From Thermodesulfobacteriota bacterium (GTDB lineage: Bacteria; Desulfobacterota; Desulfarculia; JACQYL01): a stretch of DNA of 64,000 bases. This document shows positions 1 to 10,294 of this stretch, piece by piece. Position numbers and translations under genes: made by a program. Position 1 is the first letter of the stretch, and every line of letters starts with the position of its first letter. The DNA is taken from contig CAXXLZ010000001.1 of assembly GCA_963675595.2 (NCBI GenBank), positions 1,056,001-1,120,000 of the forward strand, given 5' to 3'. The notes beneath the pieces are model-generated. The model worked only from the letters and a program-made list of their open reading frames with translations. It did no database searches and was not told the DNA's origin.

Positions 1-158
1 GAGAACCCGTTCAGCCATCGTCATTACGGAATGATGGAAGAAGCATGGCCGCTCCGCCGTGAGCGGTGCGGCCGCGCTTTCAGCTTTCTTAAAGCCGGGA
101 GGATTCTCTCAAGCGGGCCCCCCGTCATGCGAAGTTCTTCGTCCTACCAAAGGACCGT

Positions 159-737
159 TTACGCAACGATTTTCTTAACCAACCAGGAGAGATTCTCCGC
201 CAAGGTCTTGATGGTTTGCAGGCCCTCCTGGTCGTTTTGGATATCCCCGGGCATCAAGCCGATGCAAAGGTTCCAGTAACTGGAACCGGGGATGACCATT
301 TCGTTGAGCAGGAAGAAATTGTGGATGGCGGAAATGGTGTCCACTGCGCCGGCTCTGCGGGCAACCGAAACGGCCGCGCCCGCTTTTCTTTTGAACAATC
401 CCCCATTTACCCTGGAGACGAGACCGCACCGGTCGATGAGTGCCTTGACTTCGGCGGAAACGTTGCCGAAGTAGGTGGGGGAGGCGATCACAACGGCGTC
501 GGCCTCAATCATTCGGGCGATGAATTCATTGAGCCCGTCGTCTTTGATGCCGTGGCATTTACGATCGGCCTTTTCTTTGCATTTATAGCAGGCAATGCAG
601 CCCCTGAGTCCCGTTCCGCCGATACGAACGGTTTCGGTTTCAATGCCGTTGCTTGTGAGTACTTCCTCGACAATCTTGAGTGCCTGGGCGGTGTTTCCTT
701 CTTTTCGAGGGCTTCCGTTAAAAAGTACGGCTTTCAT
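159..737 (-). CDS. Iron-sulfur flavoprotein / NADPH-dependent FMN reductase (flavodoxin family)
   Basis: GSPRKEGNT FMN-binding loop, CIACYKC...C cluster motif, and ASPTYF. Confidence 0.9.
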   Translation of the reverse strand: MKAVLFNGSPRKEGNTAQALKIVEEVLTSNGIETETVRIGGTGLRGCIACYKCKEKADRKCHGIKDDGLNEFIARMIEADAVVIASPTYFGNVSAEVKALIDRCGLVSRVNGGLFKRKAGAAVSVARRAGAVDTISAIHNFFLLNEMVIPGSSYWNLCIGLMPGDIQNDQEGLQTIKTLAENLSWLVKKIVA

Positions 738-820
738 AATGAGTCCTCCTGAATAGGTCTCGATGGTCTGAAAAACCGGTATCGGGATACCGGGTTCGTC
801 CGTCCGTGAAACGGAATACC

Positions 821-1807
821 TTAAGAGCGATACGGGTCCTGGAAATCCCGGTTGGCGGGCAACAGCCCCATGCCGTGGGCGGAACGCACGGCATGAAGAA
901 TCGCGCGCGCCAGTACGGTCTTTGCCGCAATCCCCAGAGCGATCAAATCCGCTTCGCGGTCTCCCGCTGAAAGGGCGAAGACCACGTCACCGTCGAACAC
1001 GGTATGAGCCGGTGAAAGGGTTTTGGCCAGGGCGTTCTGAGCCCCCCGTGCCATCTTTTCGGCGGCATCTTTGGTCAAACGTGCGTTGGTGGCCACCACA
1101 CCGATGGTGGTATTGCTCATCTCCGCGAACGCCGATCTTGTCGCACCGGCAAGGAAGCATTTTCGGGTATCGGCAAATTCGAGAGCGTCCGGTGCGGTTC
1201 GCGCACCGGCCAGAATCTTCCCGGTGTCCGGGTCTCGAACGTCCCCGAAGGCGTTGACCACGGCCAGCGCACCCACCACCACATTCGGCGGAAGAATCAT
1301 GCTCGATGTGCCCAGTCCTCCTTTAGTAGCCTGGGCCACGGTGAACAACTTTCCGATGGTGGCCCCGGTTCCGGCCCCGACACTGCCCTGGGGCACATCT
1401 TCCGAAGCATTCAAGCAGGCTCGATACCCCATCTCTGCTCCGGGACGGACATCGTGTCGCCCAAATGCCAGGTCGAAAATGATCGCCGTGGGCACGATGG
1501 GGACGCGGGTTACTTTCACGTCGAATCCCACTCCCCGCTCTTCCAGGTACTTCATCGCACCACCCCCGGAATCCAAACCGAACGCGCTTCCGCCCGCAAT
1601 CATGAGGGCGTTGATAAATGGTACGGCGTGATGAGGAAAGAGAGCGTCGATCTGACGGGTTCCCGTGGCGGAACCCCGGATGTCGATTCCTCCCACGGTC
1701 TCGGGAGGGCAGAGGATGGCGGTACAACCGGTCATGGCCTCGAAATCGCTGCTATGTCCAACCAGAATACCCGGAACGTCAGTGATGGAATCCGTCAAAG
1801 TTTTCAT
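821..1807 (-). CDS. P1/S58 family peptidase (DmpA-like L-aminopeptidase/D-esterase)
   Basis: Motifs ITDVPGILVGH, GGSAFGLD, GSVGAGTGA, NTTIGVVATNA and HTVFDGDVVF. Confidence 0.88.
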   Translation of the reverse strand: MKTLTDSITDVPGILVGHSSDFEAMTGCTAILCPPETVGGIDIRGSATGTRQIDALFPHHAVPFINALMIAGGSAFGLDSGGGAMKYLEERGVGFDVKVTRVPIVPTAIIFDLAFGRHDVRPGAEMGYRACLNASEDVPQGSVGAGTGATIGKLFTVAQATKGGLGTSSMILPPNVVVGALAVVNAFGDVRDPDTGKILAGARTAPDALEFADTRKCFLAGATRSAFAEMSNTTIGVVATNARLTKDAAEKMARGAQNALAKTLSPAHTVFDGDVVFALSAGDREADLIALGIAAKTVLARAILHAVRSAHGMGLLPANRDFQDPYRS

Positions 1808-1955
1808 AGCTCGCCTTTGTAATGCTTCGTTATCGTCCTTTCAAGAGAAAACACGGCCGGGTGTGGGGACTTCGTTGCTCCCCGCTTCGTTTTATGATAC
1901 CTAAATTCCCCTTTGGAGTTTGGTGAAGATTCTGAAGCATTGGGAGGCAAGGGGC

Positions 1956-2846
1956 ATGGATAAGCATACGACCGTGGTAACGGAAACGCGCCTTGAAGGA
2001 TTGAAGTTGCTCAAGAGGGGGAAGGTGAGGGACGTTTACGACTTGGGAGAGTCGCTGCTCATCGTGGCCACGGACAGGATTTCGGCCTTTGATGTGATCA
2101 TGCGGAATCCCATTCCGGGGAAGGGACGGATTCTTACCGGAATCAGCCGGTTCTGGTTTGAGCGGATGGCCGATATCCTGGAGAATCACGTGATCTCCTT
2201 TGACGTGGCGGATTTCCCCCCGGAGTGCCGCGCTCATTCGGAGGTGTTGCGCGATCGGACCATGTGGGTGAAGAAAGCGGAGCCTCTCCCCATTGAGTGC
2301 ATCGTCAGGGGCTACCTTTCGGGTTCCGGGTGGAAGGATTATCGAAGCTCGGGGGCTGTTTGCGGCCACCGGCTGGGATCGGGACTTTTGGAGTCTTCCG
2401 AGCTTGAGACTCCTTTGTTTACTCCCTCCACGAAGGCCGAACTGGGAGAGCACGACGAGAACATCACCTGTGAACAGGCCGAGTCCATTGTGGGTAAGGA
2501 ATTGTTCAGAAAAGTGGAAACGGCGAGTCTGGCCATATATTCCCGCGCTCGTGCCATGGCCAAAGAGCGAGGCATCATCATAGCGGATACCAAGTTCGAA
2601 ATGGGCTTGGTGGACGGTCGACTGATCCTGATCGATGAGCTCTTGACTCCGGATTCTTCAAGATTCTGGCCTATGGACGAGTACGCACCGGGGCGGGCAC
2701 AGAACAGCTTCGACAAGCAGTACCTGAGGGATTACCTTGAATCCCTTGAGTGGGACAAGAAGCCGCCGGCTCCCGAGCTTCCCGAAAATATCATTGAGCA
2801 GACCGGGGCTCGCTACTCGGAGGCGCTTCAACGGCTTACCCAATAA
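1956..2846 (+). CDS. purC: Phosphoribosylaminoimidazole-succinocarboxamide (SAICAR) synthase
   Basis: Motifs [36 protein letters not shown] and [15 protein letters not shown] 1956 chosen because a GGAGG lies upstream. Confidence 0.97.
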   Translation: MDKHTTVVTETRLEGLKLLKRGKVRDVYDLGESLLIVATDRISAFDVIMRNPIPGKGRILTGISRFWFERMADILENHVISFDVADFPPECRAHSEVLRDRTMWVKKAEPLPIECIVRGYLSGSGWKDYRSSGAVCGHRLGSGLLESSELETPLFTPSTKAELGEHDENITCEQAESIVGKELFRKVETASLAIYSRARAMAKERGIIIADTKFEMGLVDGRLILIDELLTPDSSRFWPMDEYAPGRAQNSFDKQYLRDYLESLEWDKKPPAPELPENIIEQTGARYSEALQRLTQ

Positions 2847-2964
2847 CGGTACCGGTTCCAAAAGGGATACGGGGTGCTTCCTGCTCGGCTGGAGCGGGCG
2901 TTCCGCGAGGGTTTGGCGGGCCTGGAAGCTGATTCGGCGAGGGCGGCCGCTCGATGGAGTCAAC

Positions 2965-2993
2965 TTGACAATGAGTCCGGCGCACCCTATGTT
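2965..2993 (+). promoter_or_regulatory. Sigma-70-type promoter upstream of the radical SAM operon
   Basis: TTGACA-17 nt-TATGTT. Confidence 0.6.
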
Positions 2994-3156
2994 ATTTCGT
3001 GAACGTCAGGCGGCGTGCTTAGCGGCACGCCCTTGATTTTCCGGAGGTTGGACCCTCACCCAGGTCATCCGACGGCGTTTCTCCACGCACTTCATTCGAG
3101 TCCGCGATTTGTGCCGGGCTACGGCAAGCAATTCGGGGGAATGAAATTACCACGGC

Positions 3157-4104
3157 ATGACGAGCATACTTCCCGGCTACATTCGGACCCACCGCAGCGG
3201 CGAACTCAGGAAACGGATCGGCGCCGCGTATTCGCTGATGAAGAATTGCGGTGTCTGTGCTCGTCGCTGCGGCGTCAACCGTCTGAAAGGTGAAACGGGG
3301 TTCTGCGAAACCGGGAAGTACCCCGTGATCTCCAGCTACAGCCCCCACTTCGGCGAAGAGGACCCATTGGTAGGTGCGGGGGGGTCCGGTACGATCTTTG
3401 TTACCCACTGCAACTTGAAGTGCGTATTCTGCCAGAATTTCGAGATCAGTCACGAAGGAGAAGGAGAAGTCTTCGCCGTAAGAGCGCTTACGGAAATGAT
3501 GCTTCGACTTCAGAGCATGGGGTGTCACAACATCAACTTCGTCAGTCCTTCACATATCGTTCCCCAGATTCTGGCCGCACTTCCCGCTGCGATCGAAAGG
3601 GGCCTCTCCGTTCCTCTCGTGTATAATACGGGCGCCTACGACGAGTTGGGCACGTTGCGTTTGCTGGAAGGCGTTTTCGATATCTACATGCCGGACTTCA
3701 AATTTTGGAGTACGGACCTTTCCAGAGAATACTTGGATGCTGAGAATTATCCGGAAACCGCCCGCAGGGCAATCATTGAAATGCACCGTCAGGTAGGGGA
3801 GTTGGAGGAGGACGAACACGGGGTCGCCGTCAAAGGGTTGCTGATTCGCCACTTGGTGATGCCGGGATGCACCGGGGATTCCGCCGATATCTTTCGGTTT
3901 ATCGCCCACGAGATTTCTCCGGCGACCTACGTCAACGTGATGGCCCAGTACCGACCCTGCGGACAGGCATACCGCTATCCTGAGCTGGCTGAGAGGACGA
4001 CGATGGGAGATTATTCGGCGGCCGTCGTCGCCGCGGGGGAAGCGGGGCTGACACGCTTGGACGGGAGGAGGCCCAAGTCGCCGGTATTGTGGAACGGAAC
4101 ATGA
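3157..4104 (+). CDS. Radical SAM protein, PflX-like (putative PFL-activating-enzyme family)
   Basis: CxxxCxxC (CNLKCVFC), N-terminal CxxCxxxC, HFGEE, HNINFVSP and GLLIRHLVMP. Confidence 0.9.
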   Translation: MTSILPGYIRTHRSGELRKRIGAAYSLMKNCGVCARRCGVNRLKGETGFCETGKYPVISSYSPHFGEEDPLVGAGGSGTIFVTHCNLKCVFCQNFEISHEGEGEVFAVRALTEMMLRLQSMGCHNINFVSPSHIVPQILAALPAAIERGLSVPLVYNTGAYDELGTLRLLEGVFDIYMPDFKFWSTDLSREYLDAENYPETARRAIIEMHRQVGELEEDEHGVAVKGLLIRHLVMPGCTGDSADIFRFIAHEISPATYVNVMAQYRPCGQAYRYPELAERTTMGDYSAAVVAAGEAGLTRLDGRRPKSPVLWNGT

Positions 4105-4742
4105 CCGGGCGCATTTATGCCATCGGCGACCTTCACGGTTGTTCGGACCACCTCGATCAACTGTTGAGGAAGATCCCTTTTGATCCGGACTTGGATCAGT
4201 TCGTATTTATGGGGGATTATATCGACCGGGGCCCGGATTCTTTCGGAGTGGTGGATCGGCTCCTGGACCTGAAACGCTTCTACCCGAATACCATGTGCCT
4301 CCTGGGCAACCACGAGCAGATGCTGCAAGACTATCTTTCCGGGGAAGATACGTTTTCCTTCGTTTACAACGGTGGGCGGGCCACCCTGGAAAGCTATTCA
4401 GTGGAGAATCGACAGAAGAGATGGCATGGAACGCTTCCTCCGGAACATGAGAATTTTTTCCGACACCTGCCGCGATACTATGAAACCGAAGATTATATTT
4501 TCGTGCACGCGGGACTCCGGCCGGGAGTTCTTCTGGAAGATCAGAGCCCGCACGACCTGATCTGGATTCGTGATCAGTTTTTCAAGTCGGACTACGATTT
4601 TGGGAAGACCGTGGTCTTCGGACACACTCCCTTTCAGCGTCCCTTCGTTGTGACGGGCAGGATCGGTATCGATACGGGAGCGGTCTACGGCAACGTGCTC
4701 ACCTGTGTGGCCCTTCCCGAGATGGTCTTCTACCACGTGTAA
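4101..4742 (+). CDS. Calcineurin-like metallophosphoesterase (PrpA/PrpB-type Ser/Thr phosphatase)
   Basis: Motifs GDLHG, GDYIDRG, GNHE, HAG, FGHTP and IDTGA. ATGA overlap with the upstream gene. Confidence 0.93.
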   Translation: MTGRIYAIGDLHGCSDHLDQLLRKIPFDPDLDQFVFMGDYIDRGPDSFGVVDRLLDLKRFYPNTMCLLGNHEQMLQDYLSGEDTFSFVYNGGRATLESYSVENRQKRWHGTLPPEHENFFRHLPRYYETEDYIFVHAGLRPGVLLEDQSPHDLIWIRDQFFKSDYDFGKTVVFGHTPFQRPFVVTGRIGIDTGAVYGNVLTCVALPEMVFYHV

Positions 4743-4776
4743 GAGAGTTTATGGAGTTGCCCTTCGGCGTCCGCTA

Positions 4777-5784
4777 ATGCTCGAACTTCAAACCGGCATC
4801 CCCCCCTTTAACGGTATCGGCATTACCAGCACGGTCCCTGTTGAGGTGATCTTCGCCTCCGGAGCCGTTCCGGTAGACCTGAACAATCTATTCATCGCGA
4901 GCGGCCGATCGCTGGAACTGGTCCGAAAGGCCGAAGAAGCCGGGTTTCCACGGACGGTATGCAGTTGGATCAAGGGAATCTACCAGGCGTGGGCTGAAAG
5001 GACGGAGCTTCGCAAGGTGATCGGCGTGACTCAGGGGGATTGCAGCAACACCCATGCATTGATGGAGCTCATCGAGAGCCGGGGAGGGCTGGTCATTCCT
5101 TTCGAGTTTCCCAGAAACCGGGACAGGACGAGCCTCCTCAGGGAGATCGGGCGATTGGCGGCGGCGCTTGGCACCGATGTCGAGGCGGCGGAGCACTTCC
5201 GAGAGCTCCTCGGACCCATTCGAAGTAAACTGGCGATCCTGGATGAACTCACTTGGAAGGGCGATGGAATTTCGGGTTGGGAGAACTTCTCATTCCTTGT
5301 GTCCAGCTCGGATTTCGGCTCCGATCCTCAGAGGTTTGAAAATACCTTGGATAGCTTTCTCTTGGAAGCGGAGCGGAGGCTTCCTCGCCCACCCAAGGTG
5401 CGGCTGGGGCTTCTGGGAGTTCCGACCATTCTCGACGGCCTTCACGATTTTATCGAGACACTAGAAGGAAGGATTGTATTTAATGAGGTGCCGAGGCAGT
5501 TCTCCATGCCGCCGAGAGGAGGCGACCTCGCGGATCAATACCTGAGCTATACGTATCCTTACGATATTCACGGCCGAATCGAGGACATACGGACAGCTGT
5601 GCGGGACAGGAAACTGGACGGTTTGATCCATTATACCCAGAGCTTCTGTTTTCGCCAGATCCAGGACATTCTTTTGAGGGAGTCCCTGCCGGTCCCCATT
5701 CTGACGATCGAAGGGGACCAGCCCTTACCGCTGGATGCGCAGCTGCGGAATCGTATCCAGGCCTTCATGGAACTTCTCGGCTGA
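4777..5784 (+). CDS. 2-hydroxyacyl-CoA dehydratase family subunit (HgdB/FldC-like)
   Basis: CSWIKG, GDCSNT, HYTQSFCFR and the C-terminal LTIEGD...RIQAFMELL pattern. Start codon uncertain. Confidence 0.8.
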   Translation: MLELQTGIPPFNGIGITSTVPVEVIFASGAVPVDLNNLFIASGRSLELVRKAEEAGFPRTVCSWIKGIYQAWAERTELRKVIGVTQGDCSNTHALMELIESRGGLVIPFEFPRNRDRTSLLREIGRLAAALGTDVEAAEHFRELLGPIRSKLAILDELTWKGDGISGWENFSFLVSSSDFGSDPQRFENTLDSFLLEAERRLPRPPKVRLGLLGVPTILDGLHDFIETLEGRIVFNEVPRQFSMPPRGGDLADQYLSYTYPYDIHGRIEDIRTAVRDRKLDGLIHYTQSFCFRQIQDILLRESLPVPILTIEGDQPLPLDAQLRNRIQAFMELLG

Positions 5785-5823
5785 AGCCGGACCGGGGATT
5801 CGCAAAGGCTGCGGCATCGGCGC

Positions 5824-6249
5824 TTATTCCACAAAGTGCGGCTTTTTGTCCAATCGATAGACCGTCGCCTGACAGATGGCGATGAGCCGCTCCTCTTTGC
5901 CGCTGATCTTAATTTCATACGTGGCGGTCTTCCTGGTCATGGCGGCGAGATTGGCCACCGAAGTCAACACCTCGCCGGGATCCGGAGAAGCTACGTAGCT
6001 GATGGCGGCGTTTAGAGCCACAGCGATGTTTCCGTGGGAGTTCGAGGCGACTTCGAATGCCTCGTCCATAAGGGCGAAGATGGCCCCGCCGTGCGCCTTG
6101 CCGTAAATGTTGGCCATGACGTCCGGGTTGAAACGCATTTCGACTCGCGCGTAACCTTCCCTCACTTCCTTCAGTTCCATTCCCAGAGTCACCGCCAAAG
6201 GCTCGCCTTGGACCGCTTGCCTCAGTCCGTTCGCCAGAGCTGATTCCAT
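5824..6249 (-). CDS. PaaI-family hot-dog thioesterase
   Basis: N-x-x-G-x-x-HGGAIFALMDEAF motif. Confidence 0.88.
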   Translation of the reverse strand: MESALANGLRQAVQGEPLAVTLGMELKEVREGYARVEMRFNPDVMANIYGKAHGGAIFALMDEAFEVASNSHGNIAVALNAAISYVASPDPGEVLTSVANLAAMTRKTATYEIKISGKEERLIAICQATVYRLDKKPHFVE

Positions 6250-6272
6250 AAGATTCCTCCCAGTTTGAAGTG

Positions 6273-7811
6273 TCAGGATCGGTGGTTTTCGCGAAGGAGG
6301 TCATTGACGCGTTTCACCGGGTTGAAGGTGAACAAAGGCACTTCCACGAACACCGTGAGCCAACGGGCCATGCCTCCGTTCCAGAGGCCCGGCAGTTCCA
6401 ACGCTTTCAGGGGTCTTCCCTGGTGGGACTTATCGCTGACGAACACGGCGTCCGGATCCCGGAAAGACTCAAGATCAAAAGGGCGGCCTTCGAAATCTCT
6501 CAGGCCGCAAACCAGGTCCACGGGGTTGAAATGGGTTGCGGATCGCCATATGTCTTGTTGCCGTTCGTCTTTCGGGTCCACTTGGGCGGACTCGACGATT
6601 TGCAGACTCGGTTCTCCATCGGTTCCCGTAACCCAGAAAGGACCTCCTCCAGGCTCGCCTTGGTTGCGTACCACGCCGCAAATTCGTAACGGCCGGTTCA
6701 GTTTTTCCATGAGCATTTCTTGTTTCTCGTACGGTCCCATACCGGAATATCCGTCCGGCAGGAAGACGTTTAACGTGGAGCGGGCGAAGTCGGCGATTCC
6801 ATCCAATTCCTCCGGAAGAAGTGTACTCTTTTTCAGTTTTTCCAGCCGGCGGAACAGAGATTTGCGGATTTTGAGAAGAAGGCCGCACAACAGTCTTTTC
6901 TGAAGCAGGACACGAGGCTTGAGCCGGTCCGGGACCACATTATCCACGTTCTTGATGAAGACCAGCTCTCCCACGCATTCTCGAAGGTTCTTCAGAAGTG
7001 CTCCGTGGCCTCCGGGTCTGCGCAAGAGGGTGCCGTCGTCGAGTCTGAAAGGACGATTCTCCAGATCTACGGCCAAGGTGTCCGTAGATGGATCCTGAAC
7101 CGAGAGTTCCACCTGGAACCGTACCGAGAGTGAGGCCTCAAGGCGAGATTTCACCTTACGCAAACATGCCTCCGCTTCTTTGATGTGTTCCGGGGAGAAG
7201 GTGAAATGCAGGCGGCACTGTCGGTTGCCATCGACGATATAGTGGGAGGCTTCAGCAAAATGTTCCTCAAATGCGGTTCTCGATCCTTCGGGATAGCTGT
7301 GAAATGGAACAAAGGCTTTGGGCAGGTTGGCAAGGTTCAGGCCTTGCGGGGTCAACAGCAGTTCCAGTATCCGAGAAGGGTCCGTCCTTCGTATCCAGTC
7401 TTCCACTTTGGTGACGGGCCTGTCCAACAAGCGGCAGAGATGATCGAAGAAGGCGAACTGCGGAAGTTCGTCCATGAATACCCGCATTCGCTCTCCGGCC
7501 TCGGAGTCCAAAGGCTCTCCCAAGTGTGCGCGGAGAGGGTCCTGAAACATTCGGGTGGCCGCACCGGAGGCGGGAACGAAGCACATGAGCCTCCCCGCGG
7601 CAGCGGCTCGTGCGTGTTCGTCCGAAAGTTCCGTGTCATCTTCCGGAAGTTCTCCGAGAACTCCGTCTCCGAGAGTCGCGGGGCGATTGAGGGTCAAATA
7701 ATGCGGCCCTTTTTTGAGAACCTCGACCTGCCTTCTCAATTCGTCGGCGTTCAGGTTCCGATCCGCCGGCCGACTCAGGTCTTGGGGGGTGAAAACGTCT
7801 TGCTCAGGCAT
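6273..7811 (-). CDS. DUF4301 family protein (nucleotide-diphospho-sugar transferase-like)
   Basis: Motifs FVPASGAATRMF, RPGGHGALL, FIKNVDNV, GEPGGGPFW, THFNPVDLVC and KALELPGLWNG. Confidence 0.85.
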   Translation of the reverse strand: MPEQDVFTPQDLSRPADRNLNADELRRQVEVLKKGPHYLTLNRPATLGDGVLGELPEDDTELSDEHARAAAAGRLMCFVPASGAATRMFQDPLRAHLGEPLDSEAGERMRVFMDELPQFAFFDHLCRLLDRPVTKVEDWIRRTDPSRILELLLTPQGLNLANLPKAFVPFHSYPEGSRTAFEEHFAEASHYIVDGNRQCRLHFTFSPEHIKEAEACLRKVKSRLEASLSVRFQVELSVQDPSTDTLAVDLENRPFRLDDGTLLRRPGGHGALLKNLRECVGELVFIKNVDNVVPDRLKPRVLLQKRLLCGLLLKIRKSLFRRLEKLKKSTLLPEELDGIADFARSTLNVFLPDGYSGMGPYEKQEMLMEKLNRPLRICGVVRNQGEPGGGPFWVTGTDGEPSLQIVESAQVDPKDERQQDIWRSATHFNPVDLVCGLRDFEGRPFDLESFRDPDAVFVSDKSHQGRPLKALELPGLWNGGMARWLTVFVEVPLFTFNPVKRVNDLLRENHRS

Positions 7812-8091
7812 GTATCCTCCCGTTATATAGGTTCCGTCCGGAACATTAAAACCTTACGTGGACCGGCAATGCAAGAATTAACGGGTCGCGGGCGAACATG
7901 CAACCACTGCAGGGAGCGGGCCGTCCGATATCCTTCACCGTTTCCTCATGCTTTTTAGTCTCGGCTTCGGGAAACCGACGGCCCGTATTGAATGGTTCTC
8001 CGTCGATCGGCCGTTTCACCTCAATCCAGGGGGGCTTTAAACGGGATCGCTCTTTGGCCGATAGAAGAGAATCCAGAGAAAGGAAGGGGAT

Positions 8092-8514
8092 TTGCAGGTT
8101 CTCGAGGATGACCGGTACTGTTTTGCCTGTGGACCGAACAACCCGGTGGGCTTACACATGAAGGTGGACTATGAGCCGGATAAAGCTCATTGTAGAATCG
8201 TTCTCCCCAAGGAGTATCAAGGATGGGTAAACGTGGTGCACGGCGGAGTGTTGGCCACGCTGTTGGACGAGATCATGGCTCATGCCGTGCTCAAACACGC
8301 CGGGGAGGGGGTTACGGCTCGACTCAACATTCGGTTCCGCGCCGCGGCGGAAGTCGGCATACCGCTCGACGTTTCGGGCTGGATTGAGAAGCGAAAGAAG
8401 CGAGTCATCGAAGCCGGGGCGGAGATCAGGAGGGCTTCGGACCGGATGCTGGTCGCCGAAGCGGAGAGCCGGTTTCTGCTGCGCGAACCGGCTTTGCCCT
8501 CCAACGAAACTTGA
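8092..8514 (+). CDS. PaaI-family thioesterase
   Basis: CFACGPNNPVGL and QGW...HGGVLATLLDE. TTG start after an AAGGAAGGGG SD. Confidence 0.88.
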   Translation: MQVLEDDRYCFACGPNNPVGLHMKVDYEPDKAHCRIVLPKEYQGWVNVVHGGVLATLLDEIMAHAVLKHAGEGVTARLNIRFRAAAEVGIPLDVSGWIEKRKKRVIEAGAEIRRASDRMLVAEAESRFLLREPALPSNET

Positions 8515-8527
8515 GAGGGCGGCGCTC

Positions 8528-9373
8528 ATGGAGCGAGTCTGCAAAGCGGTGATACCCGCGGCGGGTCGTGGCCTTCGGATGCGATCGATATCAGGCGGCA
8601 CGCCCAAAGAAATGCTGATCGTGGGTGGTAAGCCCATGATCCTGAGGGCGCTGGAAATGCACCTCGCCTGCGGAATAACGCAAATCGCCGTTTTGGTGTC
8701 TCCGGAAAAGATGTGGATGAAGGAGTATCTTTCCGGTTTGATCCGCGACGCGGATTCCTTTTCGTCCTTTTCGCGTGACGGCCGGCGGGCGGCGGAATTG
8801 CTGTTTATCGAGCAGGAGGAACCTCTAGGCGTGGCTCATGCGGTCTCCTTGTCCAGGGAGTTTGTGGGGAACCATCCTTTCGCGCTGGTCATGCCTGATT
8901 CTTTGTTGGCCGCACCTGTTTCCTTCCTCGCCCAGCTCCTGAAGGTATATTCGCAGTATCCGGTGGACACGATAGGTTTTTTCCGCCTGGAAAGATCTCG
9001 TGCTCACGAATTCGGGAATGTGGGGCTGCTGGAGGTGGAGCCGGTGGCTCCTCCCTTATATCGAGTGCTCCACCTGTCCGATAAAAATTCGGGCACGGTA
9101 CGATTCGAGGGGGAGAATCACGCCAAGGGTTTCGCGGGCGGGATTTACGGCCCGGGCTACTTTGATTTGATTCCTCGAGCCAATCCGGCCGGCGGGGAAC
9201 TGGACGATGTTCCCATCCATCAGGAACTGATTCACCGGGGCGCTTTGTACGGTGTGGAGTTGGAAGGGATTCCGTTTGACCTGGGGAATCCCGCAGGATA
9301 CCTTTCAGCGGCGAGATACTTTCAATCTGTTGCGCAAGGACTTGAGAACGAAGGTGCGGCGAATGGTCAATAG
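8528..9373 (+). CDS. Sugar-phosphate nucleotidyltransferase (GalU-like)
   Basis: KAVIPAAGRGLRM, PKEML, QEEPLGVAHAV and FDLGNPAGY. Confidence 0.82.
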   Translation: MERVCKAVIPAAGRGLRMRSISGGTPKEMLIVGGKPMILRALEMHLACGITQIAVLVSPEKMWMKEYLSGLIRDADSFSSFSRDGRRAAELLFIEQEEPLGVAHAVSLSREFVGNHPFALVMPDSLLAAPVSFLAQLLKVYSQYPVDTIGFFRLERSRAHEFGNVGLLEVEPVAPPLYRVLHLSDKNSGTVRFEGENHAKGFAGGIYGPGYFDLIPRANPAGGELDDVPIHQELIHRGALYGVELEGIPFDLGNPAGYLSAARYFQSVAQGLENEGAANGQ

Positions 9374-9560
9374 CCATACCCGAGACGTCATCAGAAAAGA
9401 ACTGGAACACCTGTCAACGGGACAATTGGAGCAGCTCCGCCAATGGTACGTGGAGCTTGTCCATAAAGATGATGCGATCCTCCGGGAGGAGGACATCTGC
9501 CATGCGGTTGTCGCTGGAGAAATCATCGACGAGCGAGCTAGAAAGAGACGTATCGATTAA
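9363..9560 (+). CDS. Small hypothetical protein (65 aa)
   Basis: ATG overlaps the end of the upstream gene. Charged helical composition; no recognised motif. Confidence 0.5.
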   Translation: MVNSHTRDVIRKELEHLSTGQLEQLRQWYVELVHKDDAILREEDICHAVVAGEIIDERARKRRID

Positions 9561-9607
9561 TCTAAAAGATATTCTGAGGCCGGAAACTCGGCTGAGAGGG
9601 CCGACGG

Positions 9608-9964
9608 ATGTGGATATTTTCAATGGACGGATTTTTCTCCGTCGTTTCCAAACACTGCGGACCCGACGAAGTCCTGGTAAGGACTCGACGTCGTTCGGAT
9701 ATGAATAGGTTTCTCGAAAGAATCGGGAGGACCGACATTCCCGTTCTGGAGATTTCAGGTTCGGACTACGCTTTCCGGACCAAGGTCCCGAGGGACCTAT
9801 GGGCCGAATACCTGAGCGATCATGCCTCGGCGGACATTGACTACGATAATTTTCGCGTGGCCCTTGAGCTGCTTTACCCGGATGACTCGCAGCGGAGAGA
9901 GGCGTACCACCGGGTGTACGAAATCATGGCGGCATGGCAGGACGAGCCGGACGAAACGGAGTAG
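9608..9964 (+). CDS. Hypothetical protein
   Basis: Protein-like sequence (MWIFSMDGFFSVV...VLVRTR...DYAFR...IDYDNF) with a GAGAGGG SD. Confidence 0.7.
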   Translation: MWIFSMDGFFSVVSKHCGPDEVLVRTRRRSDMNRFLERIGRTDIPVLEISGSDYAFRTKVPRDLWAEYLSDHASADIDYDNFRVALELLYPDDSQRREAYHRVYEIMAAWQDEPDETE

Positions 9965-9989
9965 GAATCGGCAGTTCCGGAAAAAGGAA

Positions 9990-10220
9990 TCAAAAAAGTC
10001 GGGGCTCGTCGCGTTCGTCGGGGGAGGTTTCTTCCGAGGAGACGAAGACGGCTCGGACGCGGTGCTTTACAAGGCGGGACGACATTTCGGAGAAAAGAAA
10101 AGGCTCCCGAAAATCCCTGAAATCGGGGCATTTCAAGGCCCTTCGGCATTTCTTGCAGACTTCCACCGCCACTCGGGGCTGATTCCGTCTGTTCGTGCAT
10201 GTGATGTATCTGGTCGTCAT
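9990..10220 (-). CDS. Small Cys-rich hypothetical protein
   Basis: C-x13-CxxC-x5-C spacing suggests metal binding. Directly downstream of the pil operon on the same strand. Confidence 0.45.
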   Translation of the reverse strand: MTTRYITCTNRRNQPRVAVEVCKKCRRALKCPDFRDFREPFLFSEMSSRLVKHRVRAVFVSSEETSPDERDEPRLF

Positions 10221-10294
10221 GTGTTCGCAGGACTTTTCTTAGTCACACGGTGAGTCATGTCCGAAGCCGGGGCCGCGGTAAAACCTCGGCTCCT

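Noticed and set aside
3000-3110. SRP RNA or ZTP riboswitch
   Set aside because: No TCAGGTCCGGAAGGAAGCAGC core and no pfl consensus on the sense strand. Kept only as an unassigned structured leader.
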